This document shows positions 1 to 10,275 of a stretch of 64,000 nt of DNA, piece by piece. The DNA is from Desulforhopalus sp. (GTDB taxonomy: Bacteria; Desulfobacterota; Desulfobulbia; Desulfobulbales; Desulfocapsaceae). Each line of letters starts with the position of its first letter. The stretch's first letter is position 1. The position numbers were made by a program, and so were the translations under genes. The stretch is taken from positions 114,910 to 178,909 of the forward strand of contig JAOTRX010000004.1 of the NCBI GenBank assembly GCA_030247675.1, in the 5' to 3' direction. The notes under the pieces are model-generated. The model saw only the letters and a program-made list of their open reading frames with translations. It was not told the origin of the DNA and made no database searches.

Positions 1-1
1 G

Positions 2-766
2 GTGCCGATGCGCTCCCTGCCGCAGATAGGGATGGGGGACCGGAAGATCATCGCCCGGCGGGCGGCATTGGAGCTGGTGGCCGATAGCATTGTCAACCTC
101 GGCATCGGCATGCCGGAGGGCATCTCCAGCGTCGCCAACGAGGAAAAAATCCTTGAGTATATGACCCTGACGGCAGAACCGGGGGTTATCGGCGGGCTGC
201 CTGCCGGCGGCCTTGATTTCGGTGCCGCCTTCAATACCGATGCCCTCATCGACCAGCCTTCCCAGTTTGATTTTTACGACGGTGGCGGGCTCGACCTGGC
301 CTTTCTCGGCCTTGCTCAGGCCGATCGGCAGGGCAATCTCAATGTCAGTAAATTCGGGACGAGACTGGCCGGGGCCGGGGGTTTTATCAATATCAGCCAG
401 AATGCCAAGAAGGTGGTCTTTGTCGGTACCTTTACCGCCGGTGGCCTGGAGGTTGCCGTGCGCGACGGCAAGTTGATTATCGAACAGGAAGGATCAGTGC
501 GGAAATTTATTGAGCAAGTAGAGCATGTTACCTTTTCCGGCCCCTACGCATTCACCAAGGGCCAGACGGTCCTCTATGTCACCGAGCGCTGCGTCTTCGT
601 CCTGACCGGTGAGGGGCTGGAGTTGACGGAAATCGCCCCCGGCATTGATCTTGAGCGCGACATCCTGGCGCATATGGCCTTCCGGCCGATCATCAACGGT
701 ATTCCGCGGCTCATGGACGAGCGGATCTTCAAGCCTGAACCGATGGGACTGAACGGAAATCTGTAG
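2..766 (+). CDS. Acyl-CoA:acetate/3-ketoacid (propionate) CoA-transferase, C-terminal part (5'-truncated by window edge)
   Basis: Motifs [11 protein letters not shown]-x-G (TAEPGVIGG), [29 protein letters not shown] and YVTERCVF are typical of family I YdiF/Pct CoA-transferases. Confidence 0.9.
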   Translation: MPMRSLPQIGMGDRKIIARRAALELVADSIVNLGIGMPEGISSVANEEKILEYMTLTAEPGVIGGLPAGGLDFGAAFNTDALIDQPSQFDFYDGGGLDLAFLGLAQADRQGNLNVSKFGTRLAGAGGFINISQNAKKVVFVGTFTAGGLEVAVRDGKLIIEQEGSVRKFIEQVEHVTFSGPYAFTKGQTVLYVTERCVFVLTGEGLELTEIAPGIDLERDILAHMAFRPIINGIPRLMDERIFKPEPMGLNGNL

Positions 767-774
767 TATTTTTG

Positions 775-2172
775 CTACAGGTCGATGTCGTGCTTTTTCA
801 TTTTCTTGTACAGCAGGGTGCGGTGGATGCCCAAGAGGTTCGCCGCTTGCGCCTTGTTGCCCGCGGTTTTCTCCAGGGCGGTAAGGATCGCCGCTTTTTC
901 CGCATGGGCCTGGGTTGTGCGCATCGGCCGGACCTCCACGGCCGGTATTGGTATGCTTCCGCGGCTGGGAACAAAGGGCAGGTCGGCCAGTTGCACCTCC
1001 TCGCCGCGCATGGCAAGCAGAGCCCTTTCCAGGACATTCGATAACTCGCGGGCATTGCCCTGCCAGGGGTGGCCGGCAAGGGCCTGCGCAGCCTCCGGGC
1101 TGATTTTGACTTGAGGAAAACCGCGTTTCTTGCCGCATTTACTTATCAGGTGCTGGACCAGGGGCAGGATATCCTCGCGCCGTTCCCTGAGGGGCGGGAT
1201 ATGCAGGGAGATGACATTCAGCCGGTAGTACAGGTCTTTGCGAAACTGGCCGTGGTTAATCAGGCCTTCGAGGTCCTGATTGGTGGCGGCGATCAGCCGG
1301 AAGTCGGAGCGGATCAGGGTATTGCCTCCTAACCGCTCAAAGCACTTTTCTTCTAAGACCCGCAGCAGCTTCGGCTGCATCTCAAGAGGCATGTCGCCGA
1401 TCTCGTCGAGAAAGATGGTGCCGCCGTCGGCGATCTCAAATTTCCCCTGTTTGCCGCCGGACAGGGCGCCGGTGAAGGCCCCTTTGTCGTAACCGAACAG
1501 CTCCGACTCCAGCAGGTCCTTGGGAATGGCGGCGCAGTTGATTTGGATGAAGGGTTGCAGCTTACGCGGGCTGGCATGGTGGATGGCCTGGGCGAAGAGT
1601 TCCTTGCCGGTACCGCTTTCACCGGTGATCAAAACCGGTGAGGTATTGGTCGCGGCCATCAGGGCGTTTCTCTTCAGGGCGGTGATCGAGGGACCTGTGC
1701 CGATGATGTCTTCCAGGGTGTACCTGGTCGAACGGAAGTTCATCAGCTCTTTCTCGTAGCTCTTCACCCTTGATTCGAGGGAGTGCAATTTCCGGCTGAG
1801 TTTCACCACCTCACTGATATCCTGAAACATCACCAAGCCGAAAACGGCGATGACCCGCCCGGCCTTCTTTAAGGGGATACGGTGGACGACGATATTCTGG
1901 CCCCTGATCATCTGGATCTGGTTAATCTCGGCAACCCCGGTCTTGCCGACGACATGCATCCGGGTGTTTTCTACCACCTCGGTGCAGTGCTTGCCGATAC
2001 TTCTACCGATATCAACACCGAGGAACTCGGCATAGGGCCGGTTCAGATGGGTCACCAGACCGTCGGCATCGGTGAGCATCGCCCCGCTCGGGATATTGTT
2101 GAAGATGAGCTGAAAAAGCTCCAGTTGGGCCTGCAGTGCCTCTATATCAGGGGGATTCGCACCTGTATTCAT
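775..2172 (-). CDS. PAS-domain sigma-54-dependent transcriptional activator (PAS-AAA+-Fis HTH)
   Basis: GESGTGKE Walker A, ESELFGY, GAFTGA, FLDEIGDM, RLIAATN, WQGNARELSN, C-terminal AANLLGIHRTLLYKK HTH; N-terminal PAS; no receiver domain. Confidence 0.95.
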   Translation of the reverse strand: MNTGANPPDIEALQAQLELFQLIFNNIPSGAMLTDADGLVTHLNRPYAEFLGVDIGRSIGKHCTEVVENTRMHVVGKTGVAEINQIQMIRGQNIVVHRIPLKKAGRVIAVFGLVMFQDISEVVKLSRKLHSLESRVKSYEKELMNFRSTRYTLEDIIGTGPSITALKRNALMAATNTSPVLITGESGTGKELFAQAIHHASPRKLQPFIQINCAAIPKDLLESELFGYDKGAFTGALSGGKQGKFEIADGGTIFLDEIGDMPLEMQPKLLRVLEEKCFERLGGNTLIRSDFRLIAATNQDLEGLINHGQFRKDLYYRLNVISLHIPPLRERREDILPLVQHLISKCGKKRGFPQVKISPEAAQALAGHPWQGNARELSNVLERALLAMRGEEVQLADLPFVPSRGSIPIPAVEVRPMRTTQAHAEKAAILTALEKTAGNKAQAANLLGIHRTLLYKKMKKHDIDL

Positions 2173-2282
2173 AGGTTCTTCTTTTTCGGCCTCGATATGG
2201 GTATCGTGGTTGATGGTTGCCTCCGTTCCTGCCTTTTGCGGCGTACCTGGAATACAGAGCGTAGATGATTTGATACATAACC

Positions 2283-2300
2283 TGTAGCCATTTGTCTACA
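2283..2300. promoter_or_regulatory. Candidate enhancer-binding-protein site (TGT-N12-ACA)
   Basis: TGTAGCCATTTGTCTACA, an 18-bp imperfect palindrome in the intergenic region next to the activator gene. Confidence 0.4.
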
Positions 2301-2373
2301 TGAAACTCTTTCACAAGGAAACCTCGCGCAATAGTCTGCGGGGTTCCTGTATCTCTGCTTCTTCTGGAAAATT

Positions 2374-2395
2374 GCTGTCTGAAAAATCAGACAGC
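2374..2395. promoter_or_regulatory. Candidate enhancer-binding-protein site (perfect palindrome)
   Basis: GCTGTCTGA-AAAA-TCAGACAGC: 9-bp perfect arms with a TGT-N12-ACA core. Confidence 0.55.
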
Positions 2396-2853
2396 GTCCG
2401 ATTCTAAAGATTTCAAACTCTTTTTTTCCGGCACCGAGGCCTGGCTGGCGGTCCTTGCACCAGTCTTTTGTTACCGGGCCGTTTGTTATTATTCCGTTAG
2501 AATAATCGGTTACCCCGTATTGAAAGTCAATACTCGGCGTTTTTTTCATGAACGGCCCGGCAGATGAGCGGAGGCAATTCCCCGAGCTTTCCTTTCTGCT
2601 ACCGGGTCGGCGAGAGGAAAGCATGGACCAGGAAAATAACCTTGTCCATTTTTTAAGACTGAAGATAAATGTAATAAAGATAAGTGGATGGATGATATGC
2701 ATCGATGTTTTGACCCGTGATTTTTTCCGGTCCTTTTATCTCCGTGCAGTCGTTGTCCAGTATTTCGTACAGGGCAGGGGCAGCAGCGCCCAGCTGCCCA
2801 AAAAAAGTGCCGCAGTACGCGCCAATCACCCCCTTCATCAACAAGGCTCTGAT

Positions 2854-2869
2854 TGGCACGGCGGTTGCT
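2854..2869 (+). promoter_or_regulatory. Sigma-54 (-24/-12) promoter of the TRAP/lactate operon
   Basis: TGGCAC-GGCGG-TTGCT is an exact match to the TGGCAC-N5-TTGCW consensus, 130 bp upstream of dctP. Confidence 0.85.
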
Positions 2870-3000
2870 ACACTGATTACCATCACGAAAGTTGGGTAGC
2901 ATGGGTGCTCATATCAACGACGTGATACAGCATCTTTTTTATATCGATGGTGCCGGATCAACCGGTACACAAGAACATCCAATTCTTTGGAGGAGGAACC

Positions 3001-4161
3001 ATGAAGAAAAGCTGGATCATCACCGCCGTAGCCGCCCTCGGTTTGACAATGGCAGTCACCAGCGGCCAGGCAGCGGAAAAACGCGAGAAGTTCGGCGCCG
3101 ACAAACGGCACGAAGCAGTAAAAAGCGAATTGCGCTCCATCAAGCCGAGTACCGAGAACTTCAAATGGAAGATGGTCATGCCTTGGGCCAAAGGTCTGTT
3201 GTTCTATGATATGGCCCTCCACTTCGCCGACTCGGTAGCTCTCGCTTCCGGTGGTCGCCTTGAGATTAAAGTCTTTTCCGCCGGCGAGTTGGTCGGCGCC
3301 ATGGAGTCCTTTGACGCAGTCAGCAAGGGTTCCGCCGAGGTAGGTCATGACTGGCCGGGGTATTGGCAGGGTAAAGATCAGAACTTCGTTTCCTTTGCCT
3401 CCGTACCATTTGGACTCGACACTGAAGGCTACAACGTCTGGCTGTATGAGCGTGGTGGTCTTGAGCAGATGCAAGAGCTTTACGGTAAATACAATCTCTA
3501 CGCCCTGCCCGGCGGTAACGGCGGACAGGAAATGGGCTTTTTCTCCAATAAAAAAGCCACCAAGATGGAAGACTTCAAAGGTATGCGCGTTCGTACCCCG
3601 GGTTGGTACATGGACATCATGAACCGCCTTGGCGCCTCCGTTACCCCGCTGCCCGGCGGCGAGATCTATCTGGCGCTTGAGCGTGGTGTTATCGATGCCG
3701 CCGAGTTCTCCACCCCGGCTATGAACTACCCGATGGGTTTTGACGAGATCACCAAGTACGTTCTTACCCCCGGTATCCATCAGCCTTCCGTACAATGCGC
3801 CCTGTTCTTCAATAAGGACGCCTATAACAAACTGCCTGCCGACCTGAAGTACATCGTCGACATCGCTGCCAAGGAGACCCAGTTGTGGTCCACCGCCTGG
3901 CAGGAGAATCTGAACATCGAGGCGATCAAGCTGTTCAAGAAGAAGGTTGAGTTCGTGAAGATGGACGAAGCAGCCATCAGTAACTTTGCCAAGATGACCA
4001 AGGAATATCTTGAGGAATTGAAGGCCAAGTACCCGAACGTCAAGGCTACCCTTGATTCTCAGGAGCAGTTGAAGAAAGACTTCGCCGAGTGGCGTGAGAT
4101 CAGAGGCGGCTTGGCACCTTGGCCGCTCGATGATTACATCAACGGCAAACGCATGCAGTAA
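3001..4161 (+). CDS. dctP: TRAP transporter substrate-binding protein (DctP/TakP-like, monocarboxylate/lactate type)
   Basis: RBS GGAGGAGG before ATG 3001; signal peptide; WKMVMPW, VPFGL, MRVRTPG, EIYLALERGVIDAAEF motifs. Confidence 0.9.
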   Translation: MKKSWIITAVAALGLTMAVTSGQAAEKREKFGADKRHEAVKSELRSIKPSTENFKWKMVMPWAKGLLFYDMALHFADSVALASGGRLEIKVFSAGELVGAMESFDAVSKGSAEVGHDWPGYWQGKDQNFVSFASVPFGLDTEGYNVWLYERGGLEQMQELYGKYNLYALPGGNGGQEMGFFSNKKATKMEDFKGMRVRTPGWYMDIMNRLGASVTPLPGGEIYLALERGVIDAAEFSTPAMNYPMGFDEITKYVLTPGIHQPSVQCALFFNKDAYNKLPADLKYIVDIAAKETQLWSTAWQENLNIEAIKLFKKKVEFVKMDEAAISNFAKMTKEYLEELKAKYPNVKATLDSQEQLKKDFAEWREIRGGLAPWPLDDYINGKRMQ

Positions 4162-4192
4162 TTTTCCGCTTCATAGTACCAGTTGAACCTCA

Positions 4193-4218
4193 AGCGGCGG
4201 GAGGACATCCCCGCCGCT
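4193..4218 (+). terminator. Intercistronic hairpin after dctP
   Basis: AGCGGCGGG...CCCGCCGCT stem followed by CTTCCC; may stabilise or attenuate the mRNA. Confidence 0.45.
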
Positions 4219-4257
4219 CTTCCCTGAACACCCTTGCACGAAAAAAGGACGGACCTT

Positions 4258-4755
4258 ATGGAAACTCTTTCCCGGGCCATAGATGCCCTCAACGAAAAGG
4301 TTGGGCTCTACAGCTCCTACCTGGTTTTGCCGCTGATCGGTGCGGTCATCTACGAGGTCTTTATGCGCTATGTCTTTAACGCGCCGACCTCCTGGGGTTT
4401 TGAGATGACCACCTTTCTCTACGGCATGCATTTTATGTTGGGCCTGGGCGACGCCCTGCGGACCAACAACCATGTGCAGATCGATATCTTCGAATCGAAG
4501 CTGCCGAATAAAAAACGGGCGATTCTACGGATCATTACCGGCATCTGCCTCTTTATTCCGGCCATCGGCTTTATGACCTTTGGGGCAATCAAGTACGCCA
4601 TCACCTCCTGGGGGATGCTCGAACACGCCTCATCGTCCTGGGGGCCAGCCATCTATCCGTATAAAACGGTCATGGCCATCGGTTTTGTTCTGTTATTTTT
4701 GGCAGGGATTTCGAAGTTGCTGCAAGACTTCCGCACTCTGCGAACCGCCAACTAA
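4258..4755 (+). CDS. dctQ: TRAP transporter small permease
   Basis: Four hydrophobic segments, YEVFMRYVFNAPTSW and HVQIDIF motifs; lies between dctP and dctM. Confidence 0.9.
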   Translation: METLSRAIDALNEKVGLYSSYLVLPLIGAVIYEVFMRYVFNAPTSWGFEMTTFLYGMHFMLGLGDALRTNNHVQIDIFESKLPNKKRAILRIITGICLFIPAIGFMTFGAIKYAITSWGMLEHASSSWGPAIYPYKTVMAIGFVLLFLAGISKLLQDFRTLRTAN

Positions 4756-4778
4756 CCACCCGCTAGGAGATTACCATC

Positions 4779-6122
4779 ATGGGTCCAGAAGTCTTACCAA
4801 TCTTAATGTTCGTTGTCCTGATGGTGGCGATCGCCCTCGGCCACCCTCTGGCGGTGACCCTGGCGGCCGTGGCCACCCTCTTCGGTCTGATCGACAACGG
4901 TTTCAATGTCCTTGGCCTTATCGACCTTTTTACCAACAATAACTGGGGTAACTTCCTCAACTATACCCTGGTGTCGATCCCGCTGTTTATCTTTATGGCC
5001 CAGGTCCTTGACCGCGCCAAGGTCTCGGAAGAGCTCTTCGAGGCCCTGTATATTATCCTCGGTGGCCTGAAAGGCGGCCTCGGCATCGCCATCATCGTCG
5101 TCTCGACGGTCTTTGCCGCCACCACCGGTATCGTCGGTGCCTCGGTTGTCGCCATGAGTCTTATGGCCGCCCCGACCCTGTTGAAGAAAGGATATCACAA
5201 AGGATTGTCGGCCGGTATCATTACCTCCTCCGGGACGCTTGGCATCCTCATTCCGCCAAGCATCATGCTGGTTGTTTATGCCGGTCTTACCGGCCAGAAA
5301 GAGACCTCGGTCGGCAACCTCTTTGCCGCAGCCATCATTCCCGGTCTGATCCTCTCTGGCCTGTATATTACCTATGTGGCGATTCGCTGCGCCGTGAGGC
5401 CGCAGGACGGCCCGCCGATCCCCAAGGATGAGCGTACCGCCACCATTGGCCAGAAATGTGTAATGTTCGTCAAGAGCCTGGTACCGCCCTTCGGCCTGAT
5501 CCTGGCGGTCATGGGTACCATCCTGGCAGGCGTTGCCACCCCGACCGAGGCCGCGGCCCTTGGCGCCACCGGCGCGATGATCCTGGCCCTCTTTAAACGT
5601 ACCTTTACCTGGGAGATGATCAAGGGCTCGTGTATCTCAACAGCCCGGACCACCGCCATGGTATTGGCGCTGTTTATCGGCGGCAAGGTGTTCAGCGTGG
5701 TCTTCCTGTCCATGGGCGGCGGCGATGCGGTTGCCGATGTCATGCTCGGCAACAACCTCAGCCCGATCATGGTTCTGATCCTTATGAACCTAGTGGTCTT
5801 TATCCTCGGCGCCTTTATTGACTGGGCGGCAATCCTTCTCGTTACCGTGCCGATCTTCACCCCGATCGCCATGGAATTGGGTTTTGATCCGCTGTGGTTC
5901 GCCATGATCATCTGCGTTAACCTGCAGACCTCGTTCTTGACCCCGCCCTTTGGTTACTCGCTGTTCTACTTTAAGGGAGCATCTCCTCCCGACTATTCAA
6001 TGGGCGATGTCTATAAGGGTATCATTCCCTTTATCTGTCTGCAGATCATCGGCATCATATCCATCTGTATCTGGCCGGAACTGGTTACCTATCTGCCGTC
6101 GATATTCTTCGGCGATAAATAA
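4779..6122 (+). CDS. dctM: TRAP transporter large permease
   Basis: Very hydrophobic 447 aa; SIPLFIFM, GTLGILIPPSIMLVVY, TPTEAAA, SFLTPPFG motifs. Confidence 0.95.
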   Translation: MGPEVLPILMFVVLMVAIALGHPLAVTLAAVATLFGLIDNGFNVLGLIDLFTNNNWGNFLNYTLVSIPLFIFMAQVLDRAKVSEELFEALYIILGGLKGGLGIAIIVVSTVFAATTGIVGASVVAMSLMAAPTLLKKGYHKGLSAGIITSSGTLGILIPPSIMLVVYAGLTGQKETSVGNLFAAAIIPGLILSGLYITYVAIRCAVRPQDGPPIPKDERTATIGQKCVMFVKSLVPPFGLILAVMGTILAGVATPTEAAALGATGAMILALFKRTFTWEMIKGSCISTARTTAMVLALFIGGKVFSVVFLSMGGGDAVADVMLGNNLSPIMVLILMNLVVFILGAFIDWAAILLVTVPIFTPIAMELGFDPLWFAMIICVNLQTSFLTPPFGYSLFYFKGASPPDYSMGDVYKGIIPFICLQIIGIISICIWPELVTYLPSIFFGDK

Positions 6123-6157
6123 TCGGCTAATAATTTGAGATCGAAAGGAGATCAAAG

Positions 6158-6661
6158 ATGCTACCAGCAATAAAAACCATTCTGTATGCAACAGGCCTTG
6201 GTCAGGGCGCGCCGTACATCTTCCGTTACGCCTTGGCCCTTGCCCGCCAGCATCAGGCAAGTATCGTTGTCGTCCATGCCATGGAGCCGCTGACGACCTT
6301 CGGCCAGAGCCTTGTCGAACAGTATATTGACCATGATGCCTCGGCGGAGATGCACAGCAAGGCGCGCGACAGCGTCAAGGCCAACATCCAAAAGCGCATA
6401 GAGGCACTTTGTAGCCAGGAATGCCAGGGGGCGGAATGCGCCAATCTGGTCAGTTCCATCCGGGTGGTTGAGGGCTATCCCGCCCAGGTCATCATGGATG
6501 TTGCCCAGGCCTGCTCGGCCGACATGATCGTCATGGGGGCGCATCGCCATACCATGGTCGGCGAGACCTTTCTCGGCAGCACCACCCGCAAGGTCTTGCA
6601 CAGCGCCACACCACCTGTCTTCGTGGTAAAAGTACCAAAAGGATATTTTGAAAAACTCTAA
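6158..6661 (+). CDS. Universal stress protein (TRAP-associated UspA family)
   Basis: IKTILYATGL start, IVVVHA, ADMIVMGAH, FLGSTTRKVL. Confidence 0.9.
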   Translation: MLPAIKTILYATGLGQGAPYIFRYALALARQHQASIVVVHAMEPLTTFGQSLVEQYIDHDASAEMHSKARDSVKANIQKRIEALCSQECQGAECANLVSSIRVVEGYPAQVIMDVAQACSADMIVMGAHRHTMVGETFLGSTTRKVLHSATPPVFVVKVPKGYFEKL

Positions 6662-6852
6662 CAGCTTGGTGCGGTTTCCCGAATGACCGCGGGGCCGCAC
6701 ATCCTCCTCCCTCGCCGGAGTCCCGCAAACCATCCCCCTCTGTTTGGTGACCGGATTTCGGTGAGGGTACTTTCTTGAATGTCGCCTTATTATTAACCTG
6801 CAGCAACACCCGTAACGCAGTTGTAAAGATTCCACCTTCCAAGGAGAAAAAC

Positions 6853-8241
6853 GTGAAACCAAAACAAGCAGCCGCCCTTGCAGGCGCGTTCTCCGGTATT
6901 GTCGGCGCCGACAATGTCATGATCAGTGAGAATGATCGGTATGCCTATTCCTACGATGCGGCCGTTCTTGACTCGGTCATGCCGGGCATTATCGTACGAC
7001 CAACCAGCAGTGAAGCCCTTGGCCGGGTGGTGAAACTCTGTAACGATAATGGCCTGCCGCTGACCGTCCGTGGTGCCGGAACCAATCTTTCGGGGGGTAC
7101 CATCCCCGAGTTGGGCGGGGTGGTTGTCCTGACCAATGGTTTGACACGGATCCTTGAGATCAATGAGCAAGACCTGTACGCCATAGTCGAACCTGGGGTA
7201 ATCACCGCCACCTTTGCCCAGGAAGTTGCGAAGCTCGGTCTTTTCTATCCTCCCGATCCCGGCAGCCAAACGGTGTCGACTATTGGCGGCAATGTCGCCG
7301 AGAACGCCGGCGGACTGCGTGGCCTGAAGTACGGGGTCACCAAGGACTATGTCATGGGCATGGACTTCTGGGACGTTGAAGGAAAGCTTATTAAATCCGG
7401 CTCCCGCACCGTCAAGGCGGTGACCGGTTATAACCTGCATGGCCTGATGGTCGCCTCGGAGGGGACGCTCGGCGTCTATGACAAGATCATCCTTAAATTG
7501 ATTCCGCCGCCGCGGGCCGCCCGCTCAATGATGGCGGTCTTCGACTCGATCACCGCCGCCTCGGAGACGGTGGCCGCCATCATCGCCGCCAAGATCGTCC
7601 CGGCGACCCTGGAGATGATGGACAACTTCACCATCCGCACCGTCGATAACTTCCGCAAGGCCGGATTGCCGGTCGATGCCGCGGCGCTGCTGCTCATCGA
7701 GGTGGACGGCCATCCCAGCCAGGTGGCCGACGAAGCCGCCCAGGTCGAGGAGATCTGCAAAAAGCACAAGGCCCGCGAACTGAAGGTGGCAAGCGATGCG
7801 GCCGAACGCGCTACCATCTGGCAGGCCAGACGCGACGCCCTGCCGGCCCTGGCTAAGCTGAAACCGACCTGCGTCCTTGAGGACGCCACGGTGCCGCGCT
7901 CAAAGATCCCGGCGATGATTGAGGCCCTGGGTGAGATCAGCAAGAAATTTGACCTGACCATCGGCACCTTCGGCCATGCCGGCGACGGCAACCTGCATCC
8001 GACCATCCTCACCGACAAGCGCAACAAAGAAGAGTGGCACCGCGTTGAAAAGGCGATCGAGGAGATCTTTGACCGGGCCCTTGCCCTTGGCGGCACCCTG
8101 TCCGGCGAGCATGGCATCGGTCTTGCCAAATCGCGCTTCCTGGTGAAAGAGCTCGGCCAAGCTACGCTTGATTACAGTGCCCGGATGAAGGCGGCCCTTG
8201 ATCCGAAGAACATCCTCAATCCCAAGAAAATGGCGGGGTGA
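6853..8241 (+). CDS. FAD-linked oxidase subunit (GlcD-like; probable D-lactate dehydrogenase flavoprotein)
   Basis: RGAGTNLSGG, FYPPDPGS, STIGGNVAENAGG, HAGDGNLHP, SGEHGIG; GTG start after AAGGAG. Confidence 0.9.
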   Translation: MKPKQAAALAGAFSGIVGADNVMISENDRYAYSYDAAVLDSVMPGIIVRPTSSEALGRVVKLCNDNGLPLTVRGAGTNLSGGTIPELGGVVVLTNGLTRILEINEQDLYAIVEPGVITATFAQEVAKLGLFYPPDPGSQTVSTIGGNVAENAGGLRGLKYGVTKDYVMGMDFWDVEGKLIKSGSRTVKAVTGYNLHGLMVASEGTLGVYDKIILKLIPPPRAARSMMAVFDSITAASETVAAIIAAKIVPATLEMMDNFTIRTVDNFRKAGLPVDAAALLLIEVDGHPSQVADEAAQVEEICKKHKARELKVASDAAERATIWQARRDALPALAKLKPTCVLEDATVPRSKIPAMIEALGEISKKFDLTIGTFGHAGDGNLHPTILTDKRNKEEWHRVEKAIEEIFDRALALGGTLSGEHGIGLAKSRFLVKELGQATLDYSARMKAALDPKNILNPKKMAG

Positions 8242-8246
8242 AGAAT

Positions 8247-9575
8247 ATGGCGGATATTCAAAAATTAGCAGAGATGCTGAAAAAGCTCGACGACCAACTG
8301 GTCAACTGCATGCGCTGCGGGATGTGCCAGGCGGTCTGCCCCCTTTTTCAACAGACCGGCAGGGAAACCGATGTCACCCGCGGTAAACTGGCCCTGCTCG
8401 ACGGACTTGCCCAGCAGATCCTCAAGAACCCGCAGGACGTCAACGACATCCTCAACCGCTGCCTGCTCTGCGGCACCTGCCAGGTGAACTGCCCGAGCGG
8501 CGTACAGATCATCGATATCTTTCTTGAGGCCCGGGCGATTATGACCGGCTATTTCGGCCTGTCACCGGTAAAGAAGGCGATATTTCGGGGGATGCTCTCC
8601 AATCCGTCGCTGTTCAATGCCCTGACCTCCATCGGCTCGAAATTTCAGGGAATCTTTACCAAAAAGGTTGACGATCTCCTGGGTTCCTCCTGCGCCCGCT
8701 TTAATGCCCCGATCGTTGCTGACCGGCATTTCAACAGCCTGGCGACGACACCGCTACGGAAGATCTTTCCCAAGCTCGACACCCCGGCCGGCAGCAGCGG
8801 CCTGCGCGTCGCCTTCTTTCCCGGCTGCGTCGTCGATAAGATGTACCCGCAGGTGGGGGAGGCGACCATCAAGGTTCTTAAAAGAAAAGGGGTCGGCATC
8901 TTTCTGCCGCCGGGTCAGGCCTGCTGCGGCATTCCGGTTTTGACCAGCGGTGACCGCTCGACCTTTAACAACTTGATTGACATGAACCTCAAACTCTTTG
9001 CCGGTATGGACTTCGACTACCTGGTGACGCCCTGCGCTTCCTGCACCGCTACCATCAAGGAGTTGTGGCCGACCCTTTATGGCGGCAGCAAGGAGAATCT
9101 GCCGGATATCGTTGCACTGGGCAAGAAGACACTTGATATCACCCAGTTCCTGGCAGAGCACTGCCCTGTCGACAGCCTTCAGCCGATCGGCACCCAAGGT
9201 GATGCCATCACCTATCACGACCCCTGCCACCTGAAGAATTCCCTCGGTGTTACCAGTCAGCCGCGGACCTTGATCAAGGCCACCGGCAGGACATTTACGG
9301 AAATGACCGAGGCGGGAACCTGTTGCGGCTGTGGCGGTAGTTTCAACGTGGTGCACTACGAACTGTCAAAGAAGATCGGCAACCGCAAGGCGGACAATAT
9401 TATCGCCTCCGGGGCCTCGACCGTGGCCACTAGTTGCCCGGCCTGCATGATGCAGATGACCGACATGCTGTCGCGCCGGGACAAGGGTATCAAGGTCAAA
9501 CATGTAGTGGAACTGTATGCCGACAGTCTCGGCGATGACAGCGGCCCCCGGGCCCTGCAAGCACCTGAAAAGTAA
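8247..9575 (+). CDS. Fe-S/CCG-domain subunit (GlcF-like; D-lactate dehydrogenase Fe-S subunit)
   Basis: Two CxxCxxCxxxCP clusters and two CCG domains (CCGIP; YHDPCH...CCGCGG...SCPAC). Confidence 0.9.
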   Translation: MADIQKLAEMLKKLDDQLVNCMRCGMCQAVCPLFQQTGRETDVTRGKLALLDGLAQQILKNPQDVNDILNRCLLCGTCQVNCPSGVQIIDIFLEARAIMTGYFGLSPVKKAIFRGMLSNPSLFNALTSIGSKFQGIFTKKVDDLLGSSCARFNAPIVADRHFNSLATTPLRKIFPKLDTPAGSSGLRVAFFPGCVVDKMYPQVGEATIKVLKRKGVGIFLPPGQACCGIPVLTSGDRSTFNNLIDMNLKLFAGMDFDYLVTPCASCTATIKELWPTLYGGSKENLPDIVALGKKTLDITQFLAEHCPVDSLQPIGTQGDAITYHDPCHLKNSLGVTSQPRTLIKATGRTFTEMTEAGTCCGCGGSFNVVHYELSKKIGNRKADNIIASGASTVATSCPACMMQMTDMLSRRDKGIKVKHVVELYADSLGDDSGPRALQAPEK

Positions 9576-9625
9576 TGAAACGGCCTAGCCTAGGCAAATG
9601 GCAAGGCTCGGATATGGAGATAATT

Positions 9626-10273
9626 ATGGCCAACACAACTGTGATACAGGGCGAATCGGACCTTCTTTGTGCCCGGTTCACCGATAAGGCGAAGGCGGTC
9701 TCAGCCACCGTTCATGCAATCAAGAGTTTTGATGAAGCGGTGGCTTATGCCGTCAATCTCTGCGGCACCCAGGGGGCCTGCCGGATAGCCATCTCCGGGT
9801 GTGAGGAACAGCTGTCTCCTCCCGCCGATGCCCTCTGTCATTTGAAGCACGAAAAGATCGTCGTTGCCCCGGGCCTGGATCCGGAACACTCCGCGCTCCT
9901 TCAGGCGGCCTGTGCCGAGGGCGGTTTTGCCTATCTCCAGTCGGGGATGCGTGCTCACCTGAGTGGTGTCGATATCGGCTTCACGGTGGCCGATCTCGGT
10001 ATCGCCGAGACCGGTACCCTGGTCATCAATTGCCCGGGCGAAGATCTGCGTTTGGCAACGATGATCTGTGAATACCACGTCTGCGTTGTTCGTCGTTCGG
10101 CAATCGTTGTCGACGCCTTCGCCGCCGAACAGCAAATGCTGAAACAAATGCGCAAGACCCCGAATTATATGGCTTTCATCACCGGCGCCAGCCGGACTGC
10201 CGATATCGAAAGGGTCCTGGCGCTGGGAGTCCACGGACCCTTGGAACTCCATATTCTTCTGCTGGAGGATTGA
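9626..10273 (+). CDS. LUD-domain lactate utilisation protein (LutC/LldG-like)
   Basis: GIAETGTLVI and FITGASRTADIERVLALGVHGPLELHI motifs. Confidence 0.9.
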   Translation: MANTTVIQGESDLLCARFTDKAKAVSATVHAIKSFDEAVAYAVNLCGTQGACRIAISGCEEQLSPPADALCHLKHEKIVVAPGLDPEHSALLQAACAEGGFAYLQSGMRAHLSGVDIGFTVADLGIAETGTLVINCPGEDLRLATMICEYHVCVVRRSAIVVDAFAAEQQMLKQMRKTPNYMAFITGASRTADIERVLALGVHGPLELHILLLED

Positions 10274-10275
10274 TC

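Noticed and set aside
2169-2925. Short ORFs in the activator-dctP intergenic region
   Set aside because: No RBS or family motifs; they overlap the regulatory elements
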